Part shown: piece by piece, positions 8,854 through 19,996 of the stretch
Position numbering within the stretch: the stretch's first letter is position 1
Layout: each line of letters opens with the position of its first letter
Assembly (NCBI GenBank): GCA_046594835.1
Contig: JBKJQZ010000348.1
Span: 1-42,835, forward strand
DNA length: 42,835 nt
From: Acidimicrobiales bacterium
Lineage (GTDB): Bacteria > Actinomycetota > Acidimicrobiia > Acidimicrobiales > JACCXE01
Reading direction: 5' to 3'
Program-made: the position numbers and the translations under genes
The notes under the pieces: generated by a model
The model's input: only the letters and a program-made list of their open reading frames with translations
What the model was told of the DNA's origin: nothing
Databases searched by the model: none

Positions 8854-9831
8854 GTGCACCGCCGTCCGATCGACGGGCTGACCTTCAGCGCTGAGAGCTA
8901 CTTCGCCGCGATGCGGGCGGCCATGCCTGCTGACATCGCGGTACGCGTGCACGTGGTGCCGTTCCGATCGAGTGGCATTCTGCGGCGCATCGGCAACATC
9001 GTCGATGTTGCTCGTCTGCGTGGCGATGTGGTGCATATCACCGGCGACATTCACTATGTCGGGCTCGGGCGGTCTCGCCGACGGAGCGCACTTACGGTGC
9101 TCGACTGCGGCACGGCGCATTCACCATCGTTCGTCGCGCGCAGTCTGTTCAGGTTCCTGTGGTTGTGGCTCCCTACCCGTCGCGCCGCGCGGGTGATCGC
9201 GATCTCAGATATCACCGCGGACCAGGTCGCGGAGTTGGCGGGCGTGGCCCGCGGCGGCGTGGCGGTAGTGCCCGTCACAATCGACGACGCCTTCGTGCCT
9301 GCACCCAACGGAGTGCAGAGTGATCGGCCCATCGTGCTGTGCGTGGGCACTACTGCGAACAAGAACCTCGCCGGATCCATAGCGGCGCTGCAAGGCCTCG
9401 ACGTCCGGCTGCACATCATTGGCTCGCTCGATGACGTGACGTCTGCCCAACTCCTCGCCAGTGGAGTGACCTTTACCAACGAGGTCGGCCTTTCCGACAC
9501 CGCCGTCCGCGGGTGCTACGTGCGGGCTGATCTGGTCCTGTTCCCCTCCACCTACGAAGGATTCGGCATGCCGATCGTGGAGGCGCAGGCGACGGGCCGT
9601 CCGGTGGTCACGAGCGACCGCGCTCCGATGAACGAGGTGGCCGGCGCCGGCGCGTGCCTGGTCGATCCGGACGACGTTGCGTCGATCCGGTCTGGCGTCG
9701 AGCGCGTGCTGCGGGACGCGGCGTATCGCGAAGAACTAGTAGAAGCCGGTTTCCGGAACCGGGAACGATTCAGGCCGCAAGTTGCGGCCGAGGCCTACGC
9801 CCGGATGTACCGGGAAATGGCGGGGAACTAG
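8854..9831 (+). CDS. Family 4 (GT-B, group 1) glycosyltransferase.
   Basis: FPSTYEGFGMPIVEAQATGRPVVTSD is the GT4 EX7E-region signature. The expected N-terminal strand (IKVVHV) lies upstream of the first canonical start (GTG 8854). Only CTG 8836 or ATC 8839 are available there, so the start is uncertain. Confidence 0.75.
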   Translation: MHRRPIDGLTFSAESYFAAMRAAMPADIAVRVHVVPFRSSGILRRIGNIVDVARLRGDVVHITGDIHYVGLGRSRRRSALTVLDCGTAHSPSFVARSLFRFLWLWLPTRRAARVIAISDITADQVAELAGVARGGVAVVPVTIDDAFVPAPNGVQSDRPIVLCVGTTANKNLAGSIAALQGLDVRLHIIGSLDDVTSAQLLASGVTFTNEVGLSDTAVRGCYVRADLVLFPSTYEGFGMPIVEAQATGRPVVTSDRAPMNEVAGAGACLVDPDDVASIRSGVERVLRDAAYREELVEAGFRNRERFRPQVAAEAYARMYREMAGN

Positions 9832-10088
9832 GCGCTGGGAGCGGCGTTGATCCGCTTGGCCAAGCGGGACTTGCGACGGGCGGCGGCGTTCTTGTGGATG
9901 ACGCCCTTAGTCACAGCCTTGTCCAACTTCTTCTGCGCAAGCTTGAAGGCTTCGCCGGACTCGTCGGTGCCCACGGCAGCAACGGCGGCCTTCATGCGGG
10001 TCTTCAATTCCGAGCGAACACCCTTGTTTGCGACGCGGGCCTTCTCGTTGGTGAGGATGCGCTTTTTTTGGCTCTTGATATTTGCCAC
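9828..10088 (-). CDS. rpsT: 30S ribosomal protein S20.
   Basis: (M/V)ANIKSQKKRILTNEKARVANKGVRSELKTRMK. GTG start with AAGGA 6 nt upstream. Confidence 0.95.
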   Translation of the reverse strand: MANIKSQKKRILTNEKARVANKGVRSELKTRMKAAVAAVGTDESGEAFKLAQKKLDKAVTKGVIHKNAAARRKSRLAKRINAAPSA

Positions 10089-10154
10089 AGAAATCCTTGG
10101 GTTGCGAAAAGCAGACAGGCAAAGCTAGCAGTAATTGCCTCGTAACATCCACCT

Positions 10155-11075
10155 GTGATCCGAGTCGCTCTAGCCCCCTTGCCCGCGCGCCCCTGGGCGT
10201 TTGCCGCTGTCGCTGATGCCGGGGCGGAGGTGGTGGAGGACCCAGCCCTCGCCGATGTGCTGATTTTCCTGGCCCCCGACGACACCGACGGCCTCGCGAG
10301 GGCTCTCGACGCGGCGCCGCAGGCCCGCTGGGTGCAACTGCCGTGGGCCGGGATCGAGAAGTTCGTCGCCGCAGGCGTGCTTGATCCCACCCGCACGTGG
10401 ACCTGCGGCAAGGGCGTCTACGCCGAGCCAGTGGCCGAGCACGCACTGGGCCTCGCCCTGGCTGGCCTGCGCGACCTGCCAGCGCGTGTGCGGGCCACAT
10501 CGTGGGGCAAACAGGGTGGCGTGTCGCTCTATGACGGGGCGGCGACGATCCTGGGTGGGGGTGGGATCACCGAGTGCCTCATCGATCTGCTGACACCCAT
10601 GCGCACCCAGATCACCGTCGTGCGGCGCGACCCGTCCCAGCGGGTAAAGGGCGCAGCGCGGGTCGTAGGGCCCGACGCGCTGCACGACGCACTCGGCACC
10701 GCCGACGCGGTGTTCGTTGCGCTCGCCCTCACGCCTGACACCGTGGGTGTCATCAACGCACCCGCGCTGCGCGCCATGCAGCCGCACGCGTGGCTCGTGA
10801 ATGTTGCCCGTGGTCAGCACGTGGTGACCGACGATCTGGTCGTGGCGTTGCAGGAAGGTTGGATCGGTGGCGCGGGTCTCGATGTAACCGACCCGGAACC
10901 ACTGCCCGATGGCCACCCGCTGTGGACGCAGCCGAACTGCATCATCACGCCGCACACTGCGAACTCGCAGGAGATGGGTTTGCCTCTGCTCGCCAAACGC
11001 GTGACCGACAACCTTCGCCGGTACGCTGCCGATCAGCCGCTGGCGGGGCTCGTCGACCTTGCCGCTGGTTATTAA
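10155..11075 (+). CDS. D-isomer-specific 2-hydroxyacid dehydrogenase family, NAD-binding.
   Basis: Contains [13 protein letters not shown] (nucleotide-binding loop), [31 protein letters not shown] and ITPHTAN (catalytic His region). Confidence 0.8.
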   Translation: MIRVALAPLPARPWAFAAVADAGAEVVEDPALADVLIFLAPDDTDGLARALDAAPQARWVQLPWAGIEKFVAAGVLDPTRTWTCGKGVYAEPVAEHALGLALAGLRDLPARVRATSWGKQGGVSLYDGAATILGGGGITECLIDLLTPMRTQITVVRRDPSQRVKGAARVVGPDALHDALGTADAVFVALALTPDTVGVINAPALRAMQPHAWLVNVARGQHVVTDDLVVALQEGWIGGAGLDVTDPEPLPDGHPLWTQPNCIITPHTANSQEMGLPLLAKRVTDNLRRYAADQPLAGLVDLAAGY

Positions 11076-11077
11076 CC

Positions 11078-12871
<1,794 letters not shown>

Positions 12872-12877
12872 GCGCGT

Positions 12878-13753
12878 TTACGCGGGGTTCATCGAGCGCA
12901 GTCTGCGACTCGAAGTCGTCCCGTCGCCGTCTTCGCCTATGTCTCGGACGGTCTCGCTTACCACGAGCAGCGTCTCCGGGTCGACGTGCGCGACGTGCTC
13001 GTTTTTGTAGCTGAAGCTCTGGGGCGCGTCCTCGCCCGCATCGGGATCAGGCGGGAAGGTCTCGGTCGTGGTCTCAATCCACTTCACGACGAAGGTAGTT
13101 ACCTTTCGGTTGCCCACCGCGTCGTCCGCGGTTCCGGTGACCTCGCTCTGGAGCGTCACGCGGTCGACCTCGCCGTCGTCGTACTTGCAGGTGCTGTCGC
13201 TGGCCCACTTCGCGCCGGTGGTGAAGGGCAATCTGAACTGCAGTTGTGGCGGCGTGAACGCACACTCGTAGCTGCCGTCGGGGTCCTCGTACGAGCTGGA
13301 CTGCAGTTCGAGCGCGGAGGCCGTAACCCGGTAGGTGAGGAGAGTCGTGTCCGTTGCGTCGGGGTCGTCCGCGGTTTGGGTGGCGACCAGGGTCAGCGCC
13401 GTTGCCGTGACGGAGACGCTCCACTTTTCGGTGTAGGTAGTGGTGTCGTCTTCCGCGGCCCCGTCTTCGGAGGCCGGGAGGTGGAACTCGGCGACGTAGC
13501 TGTAGCGGCCGGGCGCCGGGTGGGGCAGGGCGCTGTTCACGCCGGTGGTCGGACCGCCCCGGGTGGTGGAGGTTCGGGCTTGGATCGGGTCCGTGGGACG
13601 CGTCGTGGTCGCCTCGGTGGTGCGCAGCGGCGTGGTTGTCGCCCCGTTTACCGGTCCGGGCTGGAGCGCGCGTTGTTCGTCCCAGTTGCGGACGCGCGAC
13701 CCACACGCACCGAGGAGCACCGTGGCCAAACACAGGGCGAGCAGCCGCTTCAT
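12878..13753 (-). CDS. Lipoprotein of unknown function. Thr/Pro-rich tether followed by an acidic, probably beta-rich domain.
   Basis: MKRLLALCLATVLLGAC is a signal peptide with a lipobox (LLGAC). It is followed by a TTTPLRTTEATTTRPT linker. Its ATG overlaps the stop of the upstream GGDEF gene (ATGA). No family recognised. Confidence 0.6.
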   Translation of the reverse strand: MKRLLALCLATVLLGACGSRVRNWDEQRALQPGPVNGATTTPLRTTEATTTRPTDPIQARTSTTRGGPTTGVNSALPHPAPGRYSYVAEFHLPASEDGAAEDDTTTYTEKWSVSVTATALTLVATQTADDPDATDTTLLTYRVTASALELQSSSYEDPDGSYECAFTPPQLQFRLPFTTGAKWASDSTCKYDDGEVDRVTLQSEVTGTADDAVGNRKVTTFVVKWIETTTETFPPDPDAGEDAPQSFSYKNEHVAHVDPETLLVVSETVRDIGEDGDGTTSSRRLRSMNPA

Positions 13754-14253
13754 TGGACCACCACGCGGCCGCCTCCAGCGCGCTTGGCGGCGAGCAGCGC
13801 GGCGTCGGCCTTCGCCAGTGTCGCTTCGCCCGCGCCCGCGGTGTGCACCGCCACACCGGCGCTGAAAGTTGCCGGCGCGGACTGACGCAGACGATCGACG
13901 ACCTCGCCCGCCGCAGCGCCTCCGGCGCGCAGCACGATCACGAACTCGTCGCCGCCCCAGCGCGCCATGGTGTCGCCGGCGCGGACCTGGGACGCCAGGT
14001 GCGCAGCAACGGCACTCAGTACGTTGTCGCCCGCTCCGTGGCCATGGGCGTCGTTGGTCGACTTCAGCGTGTCGAGATCGACCATCACTACGGCGTCGCC
14101 CCGCCGCAACGACCTGAGCGCATCCTTGGCGACGCGGCGCGTCGGCACGCCCGTCAGTTCGTCGAGAGGCGAGACGGGTCGACCGCGGCGGAGGAACCAC
14201 AGCGCGCTCGCGGCGGTGCCCACGAACACACCAAGCAAAAACCCCACACCCAC
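13750..14253 (-). CDS. Minimal membrane-anchored diguanylate cyclase (one TM helix plus a GGDEF domain).
   Basis: VMVDLDTLKSTNDAHGHGAGDNVL and WGGDEFVIVL give an intact GGDEF active site. An RxxD I-site (RAGD) lies 5 residues upstream of GGDEF. The start is inferred at GTG 14253 or 14247, just before the helix GVGFLLGVFVGTAASALWFL. The ORF-track start at 14490 would overlap the divergent gene by about 220 nt. Confidence 0.7.
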   Translation of the reverse strand: MGVGFLLGVFVGTAASALWFLRRGRPVSPLDELTGVPTRRVAKDALRSLRRGDAVVMVDLDTLKSTNDAHGHGAGDNVLSAVAAHLASQVRAGDTMARWGGDEFVIVLRAGGAAAGEVVDRLRQSAPATFSAGVAVHTAGAGEATLAKADAALLAAKRAGGGRVVVQ

Positions 14254-14271
14254 GTCTGCGAGGATAGGGCC

Positions 14272-15543
14272 ATGCCAGCGACCCCAGCTCGTCTCGTCGT
14301 CGTCGGACAGGGCTACGTCGGCCTTCCCCTCGCAATGCGCGCGGTCGAGGTGGGCTTCGACGTGATCGGCTTCGAAATCGACAAACAGCGCGTGGAGCGA
14401 CTCGCGTCGGGCGAGTCCTACGTCGAAGACATCCCCGCCGCTGAACTCCAAGCCGCCCTCGACAGTGGCCGCTACCGGCCCACAGCCCAAGTCGATGCCC
14501 TCGTCGGATTCGACATCGCGGTCATTACCGTGCCCACCCCTCTACGCGACACGCTGCCGGACCTCTCTCACATCGAGTCCGCGGCGCGCATGCTTGCACC
14601 GGCCCTCAAGAAGGGGGCTGTGGTCATCCTCGAATCGACCACCTATCCGGGAACGACCGAGGAGTTGCTCGTGCCGCTACTCGAAGCGGGTAGCGGTTTG
14701 TCCATCGGGACCGACGTGCTGGTGGGCTACAGCCCCGAGCGCATCGACCCGGGCAATAAAATCTGGACCTTCGTCACCACGCCCAAGGTCGTGTCGGGCA
14801 TCAACGCTGTGTCGCTGGCTGCGGTCGACGCCTTTTACGCCCAACTGGTCGACCAGACGGTGCCCGTCTCCACGCCGAAGGAGGCCGAGCTGACCAAGCT
14901 GCTCGAGAACACCTTCCGCCACGTGAACGTTGCCCTCGTAAACGAACTGGCGATGTTCGCGGGCGAACTCGGCATCGACGTATGGGAAGCAATCGACGCC
15001 GCGTCGACCAAGCCCTTCGGCTTCATGCCCTTCCGCCCCGGCCCCGGTGTCGGCGGTCACTGCCTACCGGTGGACCCGAGCTACCTGTCGTGGCAGGTGC
15101 GGCGCTCCCTCGGTGAAAACTTCCGCTTCGTCGAACTCGCCAATGACGTGAATGCGCACATGCCCGCGTACGTGGTCCGGCGCCTCACGCGTGCGCTTAA
15201 TGAGCGCAGCCTGCCCGTGAAGGGGACCCGCATCCTCGTGCTCGGACTGGGCTACAAGCAGAACACCAGCGACGCGCGTGAATCGCCTGCGGTCAACGTC
15301 ACGCTGCTGCTGGCGGGCCTCGGCGCTGACATTCGTGCCGCCGATCCCCACGTCGACCCGGCGGTGCCGGGCGGCATAGTGCAGCGCACCGAGTTCTCGG
15401 TTGAGGAACTACAGGCCGCGGATGCCGTGGTGCTCCTGACGAACCACGATGCGTTCGACGTCGACACGATCGTGGCGAACGCCAAGTACGTGTTCGACTG
15501 CCGGAAGGCGCTCCCGGCAGCGCCGAACGTCGAGTTCCTCTAA
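14272..15543 (+). CDS. Nucleotide-sugar (UDP-glucose/GDP-mannose family) 6-dehydrogenase.
   Basis: N-terminal Rossmann motif VVVGQGYVGLPLA, a central PGPGVGGHCLPVDP catalytic-Cys motif, and a C-terminal UDP-binding domain (LGLGYKQNTSDARESPA). ATG at 14272. The upstream part of the ORF-track frame is antisense shadow. Confidence 0.85.
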   Translation: MPATPARLVVVGQGYVGLPLAMRAVEVGFDVIGFEIDKQRVERLASGESYVEDIPAAELQAALDSGRYRPTAQVDALVGFDIAVITVPTPLRDTLPDLSHIESAARMLAPALKKGAVVILESTTYPGTTEELLVPLLEAGSGLSIGTDVLVGYSPERIDPGNKIWTFVTTPKVVSGINAVSLAAVDAFYAQLVDQTVPVSTPKEAELTKLLENTFRHVNVALVNELAMFAGELGIDVWEAIDAASTKPFGFMPFRPGPGVGGHCLPVDPSYLSWQVRRSLGENFRFVELANDVNAHMPAYVVRRLTRALNERSLPVKGTRILVLGLGYKQNTSDARESPAVNVTLLLAGLGADIRAADPHVDPAVPGGIVQRTEFSVEELQAADAVVLLTNHDAFDVDTIVANAKYVFDCRKALPAAPNVEFL

Positions 15544-15553
15544 CCGCGCGGCG

Positions 15554-18253
15554 CTACGCCAGGCGAGGGTCGGGCGCGTCGGCGTTGATGCCGAAGGCGT
15601 CGATGGCCTTTTCGACTTCTTCGGCGCCGGCGGCGCCTTCGGCGACGAGCGCGCTCAGCACGGCGACGACGACGTGCGCCGCGTCGGTCTCGAAGTGGCG
15701 ACGGAGTGCTTCGCGGGTATCGGAGCGACCGAAGCCGTCGGTGCCGAGGGTCAGGTAGCGCGCCGGGATCCAGCGCGACACTTGATCGGGCACCGCCTTC
15801 ATGAAGTCGGTTACCGCCACGATCGGACCGCTCGCCTCGCGCAGCACCGAGGTCACGTAGGGCACTTCGGCCTCGACCGACGGGTGGAGCCGATTGGAAC
15901 GCTCAACGGCGAGTGCGTCTTCCCGCAGCGTCTTGTACGACGTTGCGCTCCATAGTTCGACCGCAACATCGAAGTCCTTCGCGAGTAGGTCACGCGCCGC
16001 GAGCGCGGCCTGCGAAGCGGAGCCCGAGAACAAGAGAGTCGCTGCCCGTGACGGGCCCTCGGGCGCGTCGGCGAACTTGTACAGGCCGCGTCGGATGCCG
16101 TCGTCGACGTCATCGGGCTTGGTGGGCATCACGTAGTTCTCGTTGTAGAGGGTGATGTAGAAGAACTCGTCGCGGTTCTCGGGGCCGTACATCCGCTTGA
16201 TGCCGTCTTCGATGATCGTGGCGACTTCGTACGCGAACGCGGGGTCGTAGGCCGCGACGTTCGGCACTGTCGACGCGAGCACGAGCGAGTGTCCGTCCTG
16301 GTGCTGCAGGCCCTCGCCGTTGAGCGTGGTGCGGCCCGCCGTGGCGCCCAGCATAAAGCCACGCGCCCCGCTGTCGCCCGCCGCCCAAATGAGATCGCCA
16401 ACGCGTTGGAACCCGAACATCGAATAGAAAATGAAGAACGGGATCATCGGCTGACCCCACGTAACCGCCGCGGTGCCGGCCGCCGTGAACGAGCACATCG
16501 AGCCTGCTTCGGTGATGCCTTCTTCGAGCACTTGTCCGTCGGCCGATTCGGTATAGGAGAGCAACAACTCCTTGTCGACGGGCTCGTACAGCTGGCCGTG
16601 CGGCGCGTAGATCTCAAACTCCTTGAACAACGCGTCCATGCCGAACGTGCGGGCCTCGTCGGGCACGATCGGCACCACGCGCTCGCCGATGGCCGGGTCG
16701 CGAAGCAGGTTCCGGATCAGGCGGGCGAAGGCCATGGTCGTGGAGACAGCCTGGTTCTTCGAACCACCGAAGAACTCCTTGAACGAGTCGGGCGATGGCA
16801 GCTCGCGCAACGCGACACGCGGCAGCCGACGGGGGAGCGCACCCGCAAGCGCGCGTCGACGCGTCATGAGGTACTCGTGGATCTCGGAGCCCTCCGCGGG
16901 CTTGTAGAACGGCGGGACGTCGGCCTCGAGCGCCTCGTCGGGGATCTCTTCCTGCATGTAGAGCGTGTCGCGCATGAGCTTGAGCTGCGCCTTGTTCATC
17001 TTCTTGATCTGGTGCGTGGCGTTGCGCGCCTCGATCTCAGGACCGAGCGTCCAGCCCTTCACTGTCTTGGCGAGGATGACGGTGGGCGCGCCTTCGTGCT
17101 CGACGGCGGCTTTGTAGGCGGCGTAGAGCTTGCGGTAATCGTGGCCACCGCGGGGGAGCGTATGCAGCTCGTCGTCGCTCAGGTGCTCGACGAGCTTGCG
17201 CAGACGGGGGTCGGGACCGAAGAAGTGGTCGCGGATGTAGGCGCCGTCGGAGGTCGCGTACTTCTGGAATGCGCCGTCGACGGTCGTGTTCATTTGGTTG
17301 AGCAGCACGCCGTCGGTGTCGCGGGCGAGTAGGTCGTCCCACTTCGAACCCCAGATGACCTTGATCACGTTCCAGCCCGCGCCGCGGAAGACCGCCTCAA
17401 GCTCCTGGATGATCTTGCCGTTGCCGCGCACCGGGCCGTCGAGGCGCTGGAGGTTGCAGTTCACAACAAAGATCAGGTTGTCGAGGCCCTCGCGGGCAGC
17501 GAGCGAGAGGGCGCCGAGGCTCTCGGGCTCGTCGCTCTCGCCATCGCCCATGAAGCACCACACCTTGGCCCGGCTGGTGTCGGCGAGCTGGCGGTTGCGA
17601 AGGTAACGATTGAAGCGCGCTTGGTAGATCGCCTGCAACGGACCCAGGCCCATCGATACGGTGGGGAACTCCCAAAAGTCGGGCATCAACCGCGGGTGCG
17701 GATAGCTCGAGAGGCCGCCGCCGCCGAGTTCGGCGCGGAACCCGTCGAGCTGTGACTCAGTCAGGCGGCCCTCGAGGTAGGCGCGGGCGTAGATACCCGG
17801 CGCCGCGTGGCCCTGGAAGTACACCTGGTCACCGAACTGGCCGTCGTCCTTGCCCTTGAAGAAGTGGTTGAAGCCCACCTCGTAGAGCGATGCGCTCGAT
17901 GCGAAGGTCGACAGGTGCCCGCCGATGCCTTCGCTGCGCGCGTTCGCGCGCGTCACCATGGCTGCGGCGTTCCAGCGTATGAAGGCTCGGATGCGGCGCT
18001 CGGTGTACTCGTCGCCTGGGAACCACGGCTCGAGGTCGCGGGGGATCGTGTTGATGTACGGCGTCGACACCGTCGCGGGGAAACCGATCGCGGTCTCGCG
18101 AGCACGCTCAAGCAGCTTCATGAGCAGGAAGCGGGCGCGAGTCTTGCCGTGGGTGTCGACGATGGCGTCGAAGCTGTCGATCCACTCACTCGTCTCCGAC
18201 GGATCGGTGTCGGGAAGTTGATGACTGAAGCCGTCGAAGATCACGGGATCCAT
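15554..18253 (-). CDS. aceE: Pyruvate dehydrogenase E1 component, homodimeric type.
   Basis: Collinear with AceE over its whole length (ETSEWIDSFD, YVNTIP-like NTIPRDLEPWFPGDE, GDGESDEPES, NCNLQRLDGPVRGNGKIIQELE, LGTDGFGRSDTREALRRHFE). ATG at 18253 preferred; an alternative TTG lies at 18304. Confidence 0.93.
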   Translation of the reverse strand: MDPVIFDGFSHQLPDTDPSETSEWIDSFDAIVDTHGKTRARFLLMKLLERARETAIGFPATVSTPYINTIPRDLEPWFPGDEYTERRIRAFIRWNAAAMVTRANARSEGIGGHLSTFASSASLYEVGFNHFFKGKDDGQFGDQVYFQGHAAPGIYARAYLEGRLTESQLDGFRAELGGGGLSSYPHPRLMPDFWEFPTVSMGLGPLQAIYQARFNRYLRNRQLADTSRAKVWCFMGDGESDEPESLGALSLAAREGLDNLIFVVNCNLQRLDGPVRGNGKIIQELEAVFRGAGWNVIKVIWGSKWDDLLARDTDGVLLNQMNTTVDGAFQKYATSDGAYIRDHFFGPDPRLRKLVEHLSDDELHTLPRGGHDYRKLYAAYKAAVEHEGAPTVILAKTVKGWTLGPEIEARNATHQIKKMNKAQLKLMRDTLYMQEEIPDEALEADVPPFYKPAEGSEIHEYLMTRRRALAGALPRRLPRVALRELPSPDSFKEFFGGSKNQAVSTTMAFARLIRNLLRDPAIGERVVPIVPDEARTFGMDALFKEFEIYAPHGQLYEPVDKELLLSYTESADGQVLEEGITEAGSMCSFTAAGTAAVTWGQPMIPFFIFYSMFGFQRVGDLIWAAGDSGARGFMLGATAGRTTLNGEGLQHQDGHSLVLASTVPNVAAYDPAFAYEVATIIEDGIKRMYGPENRDEFFYITLYNENYVMPTKPDDVDDGIRRGLYKFADAPEGPSRAATLLFSGSASQAALAARDLLAKDFDVAVELWSATSYKTLREDALAVERSNRLHPSVEAEVPYVTSVLREASGPIVAVTDFMKAVPDQVSRWIPARYLTLGTDGFGRSDTREALRRHFETDAAHVVVAVLSALVAEGAAGAEEVEKAIDAFGINADAPDPRLA

Positions 18254-18305
18254 CGTAGGAGGGCTACTGGTCGGTAATGATCGTCGGCCTTGTGATGGCA
18301 GCAAT

Positions 18306-18824
18306 ATGAAAACCGTCTATACCGATGGCGCGTGCACGGGGAACCCCGGCCCCGGCGGCTGGGCGTGGGCCGACGTGGACGGTGCGTGGGCCTCGGGCTG
18401 CGAGGACCCGTCGACGAATCAACGCATGGAGGTCTACGCCGTGCTTGACGCGCTGCGGTCCAACCCCGGCGACGTGACCATCGTGAGTGACTCGACCTAC
18501 GTCGTGCACTGCTTCCGGGACAAGTGGTGGGACGGCTGGCTGCGCCGCGGCTGGCTCAATAGCGCCAAGAAGCCCGTCGCCAATCGCGACATGTGGGAAC
18601 CGCTCATCAATTTGTACCTTGAGCGGCGCGACGAACTCAGTTTCCGGTGGGTCAAGGGCCACGGCACCGACCCAATGAACATCAAGGTCGACGAGCTCGC
18701 GGTGGAGGCGTCTTTACGTCAGTGCGGGCGTGTGGGTACCGAGCAGCTCGACAAAGTTGTCGGCGTAGAACCGGTCGAGCGCGGCGTCACCGATTCCGCC
18801 CAGCGCCTTTTCGAACTTCCCTAG
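18306..18824 (+). CDS. rnhA: Ribonuclease HI.
   Basis: Catalytic motifs YTDGACTGNPGPGGWAW, TNQRMEVYAVLDAL, SDSTYVV and VKGHGTDPMNIKVDELA. The roughly 35-aa C-terminal tail overlaps the convergent gene. Confidence 0.85.
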   Translation: MKTVYTDGACTGNPGPGGWAWADVDGAWASGCEDPSTNQRMEVYAVLDALRSNPGDVTIVSDSTYVVHCFRDKWWDGWLRRGWLNSAKKPVANRDMWEPLINLYLERRDELSFRWVKGHGTDPMNIKVDELAVEASLRQCGRVGTEQLDKVVGVEPVERGVTDSAQRLFELP

Positions 18825-19871
18825 GGGATCCTTGGTGCCCTCAGGATGCGGGTAGTCCGAGGAGAACAGGAACAGGTCGTCGCCCGCGTTCTCGATCATC
18901 CAGCCGACGGGTTCGCCCGGGTACGGAGTGAACTTGAGGTGCTTGTGCACATATTCCGATGGCTTCATCGTGAGGTTGCGTAGCGGCTCCTCGCTGCGGG
19001 AAAACGACGTCACCGCGAAGTCGAGTTCGTGCAACCACGACGGCACCCAGCTCGCGCCCTGCTCGATCGACGCGCCCCGCAGCTTGGGGAATCGATCGAA
19101 CAGCCCATCGAGAATCATCACGCTGAGGAACAACTTGGGCGAGTTGGGAATCGCCATGTAGTCCTTCGACCGCACGTTCTCGCCTCCACCGAGGTGATCG
19201 GTTACCGGCATCGCGTTGTTGTGGAAAGCGCGATCGAGCAGCTTGCCGCCGCCGCCGACGTGCAGCACGAAGGGGACGTCGGCTTCGGCGAGGAGGTCCC
19301 AGAACGGATCGAGATCGGGGTGCGTGGGTGCCCGATCACCGGCCGGCGTCGAGGGCACCATCACGGCCTTGCAGCCCGCGTTGATCGCCTCGGTCGCTAC
19401 CCCAACCGCGCGTGCAGTGTCTGACAGCGGCACGTAGGCCACGGGCAAGAGGCGCGGATCGTGCTTGCAGAACTCGGCCATCGCGCGGTTCTGGGCTGAA
19501 CTTCCGGCGTAGTGACGGTCGGGGTCCTTACCCATGAACATCGCCGACGCGAACGTTGCGAAGACGAGTTGGCCTGAGAAGCCGAGCAGGTCCAGCACGC
19601 GAGTGCGTTCGGTGGCGTCGAAGGCGCCTAGCGCGCTCCAGCCTTTGTCGATCATCAGCCGCTGTTCGGCTTCGGCTGACAGGTTGGGAGATCTGCGACG
19701 TGCTGTGGCTCTTTCGGTGGCCTTCGCCAACACCGCTTCGAGCGCGTCCATGCCACCGCGCCGCAACCGATCGCGCTGATCGTCAGCGATGAACGGATCG
19801 AGAAAGTCGGCCAGTTCCATGACGTGGCTGTCGGCGTCGAAGATCGTGCGCGTACCGGCGTACGTGGACAT
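18714..19871 (-). CDS. Amidohydrolase-2 (ACMSD/metal-dependent hydrolase) family protein.
   Basis: N-terminal FDADSHV metal-binding motif, VLHVGGGG, and C-terminal SSDYPHPEG. Size 385 aa. Confidence 0.7.
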   Translation of the reverse strand: MSTYAGTRTIFDADSHVMELADFLDPFIADDQRDRLRRGGMDALEAVLAKATERATARRRSPNLSAEAEQRLMIDKGWSALGAFDATERTRVLDLLGFSGQLVFATFASAMFMGKDPDRHYAGSSAQNRAMAEFCKHDPRLLPVAYVPLSDTARAVGVATEAINAGCKAVMVPSTPAGDRAPTHPDLDPFWDLLAEADVPFVLHVGGGGKLLDRAFHNNAMPVTDHLGGGENVRSKDYMAIPNSPKLFLSVMILDGLFDRFPKLRGASIEQGASWVPSWLHELDFAVTSFSRSEEPLRNLTMKPSEYVHKHLKFTPYPGEPVGWMIENAGDDLFLFSSDYPHPEGTKDPLGKFEKALGGIGDAALDRFYADNFVELLGTHTPALT

Positions 19872-19904
19872 GCGGTTCCCCCAGAGCGGTTGACTACACG
19901 GTGT

Positions 19905-19921
19905 GGTGACAATTCGTCACC
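19905..19921. promoter_or_regulatory. Palindromic operator-like site GGTGAC-N5-GTCACC (probable TetR binding site).
   Basis: GGTGACAATTCGTCACC lies 34 nt upstream of the amidohydrolase ATG, in the divergent intergenic region shared with the TetR gene. Confidence 0.45.
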
Positions 19922-19979
19922 TCACGCACAATGCCACGACGGGTCTGGGTTGACAAGATGCTTGCGCGTACGCCGGTCG

Positions 19980-19996
19980 GGTGACAATGTGTCACC
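19980..19996. promoter_or_regulatory. Second palindromic operator-like site GGTGACA-N3-TGTCACC.
   Basis: GGTGACAATGTGTCACC has perfect 7-bp arms and the same half-site as the first palindrome. It lies at or just upstream of the TetR coding start. Confidence 0.45.

Noticed and set aside
9828-9831. Convergent glycosyltransferase and rpsT genes sharing the palindromic tetranucleotide CTAG as both stop codons.
   Set aside because: It is real but trivial. It reflects compact gene packing and not a functional element.
10790-11077. N-terminal extensions in the ORF track: lepA from 10790, nucleotide-sugar dehydrogenase from 13636, binding protein from 25586, comEC from 2436, the 12878-14335(-) frame upstream of the lipoprotein Met, the TrmO-like gene to 40588, and the hypothetical gene to 29074.
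   Set aside because: The extensions overlap neighbouring real genes and are Arg-rich low-complexity sequence. Internal starts restore the canonical family N-termini (G1 motif, Rossmann motif, signal peptide).
19950-19955. TTGACA hexamer as the -35 box of the tetR promoter.
   Set aside because: No acceptable -10 hexamer lies 16-19 nt downstream. The nearest A/T-rich hexamer (GACAAT inside operator 2) is 27 nt away.
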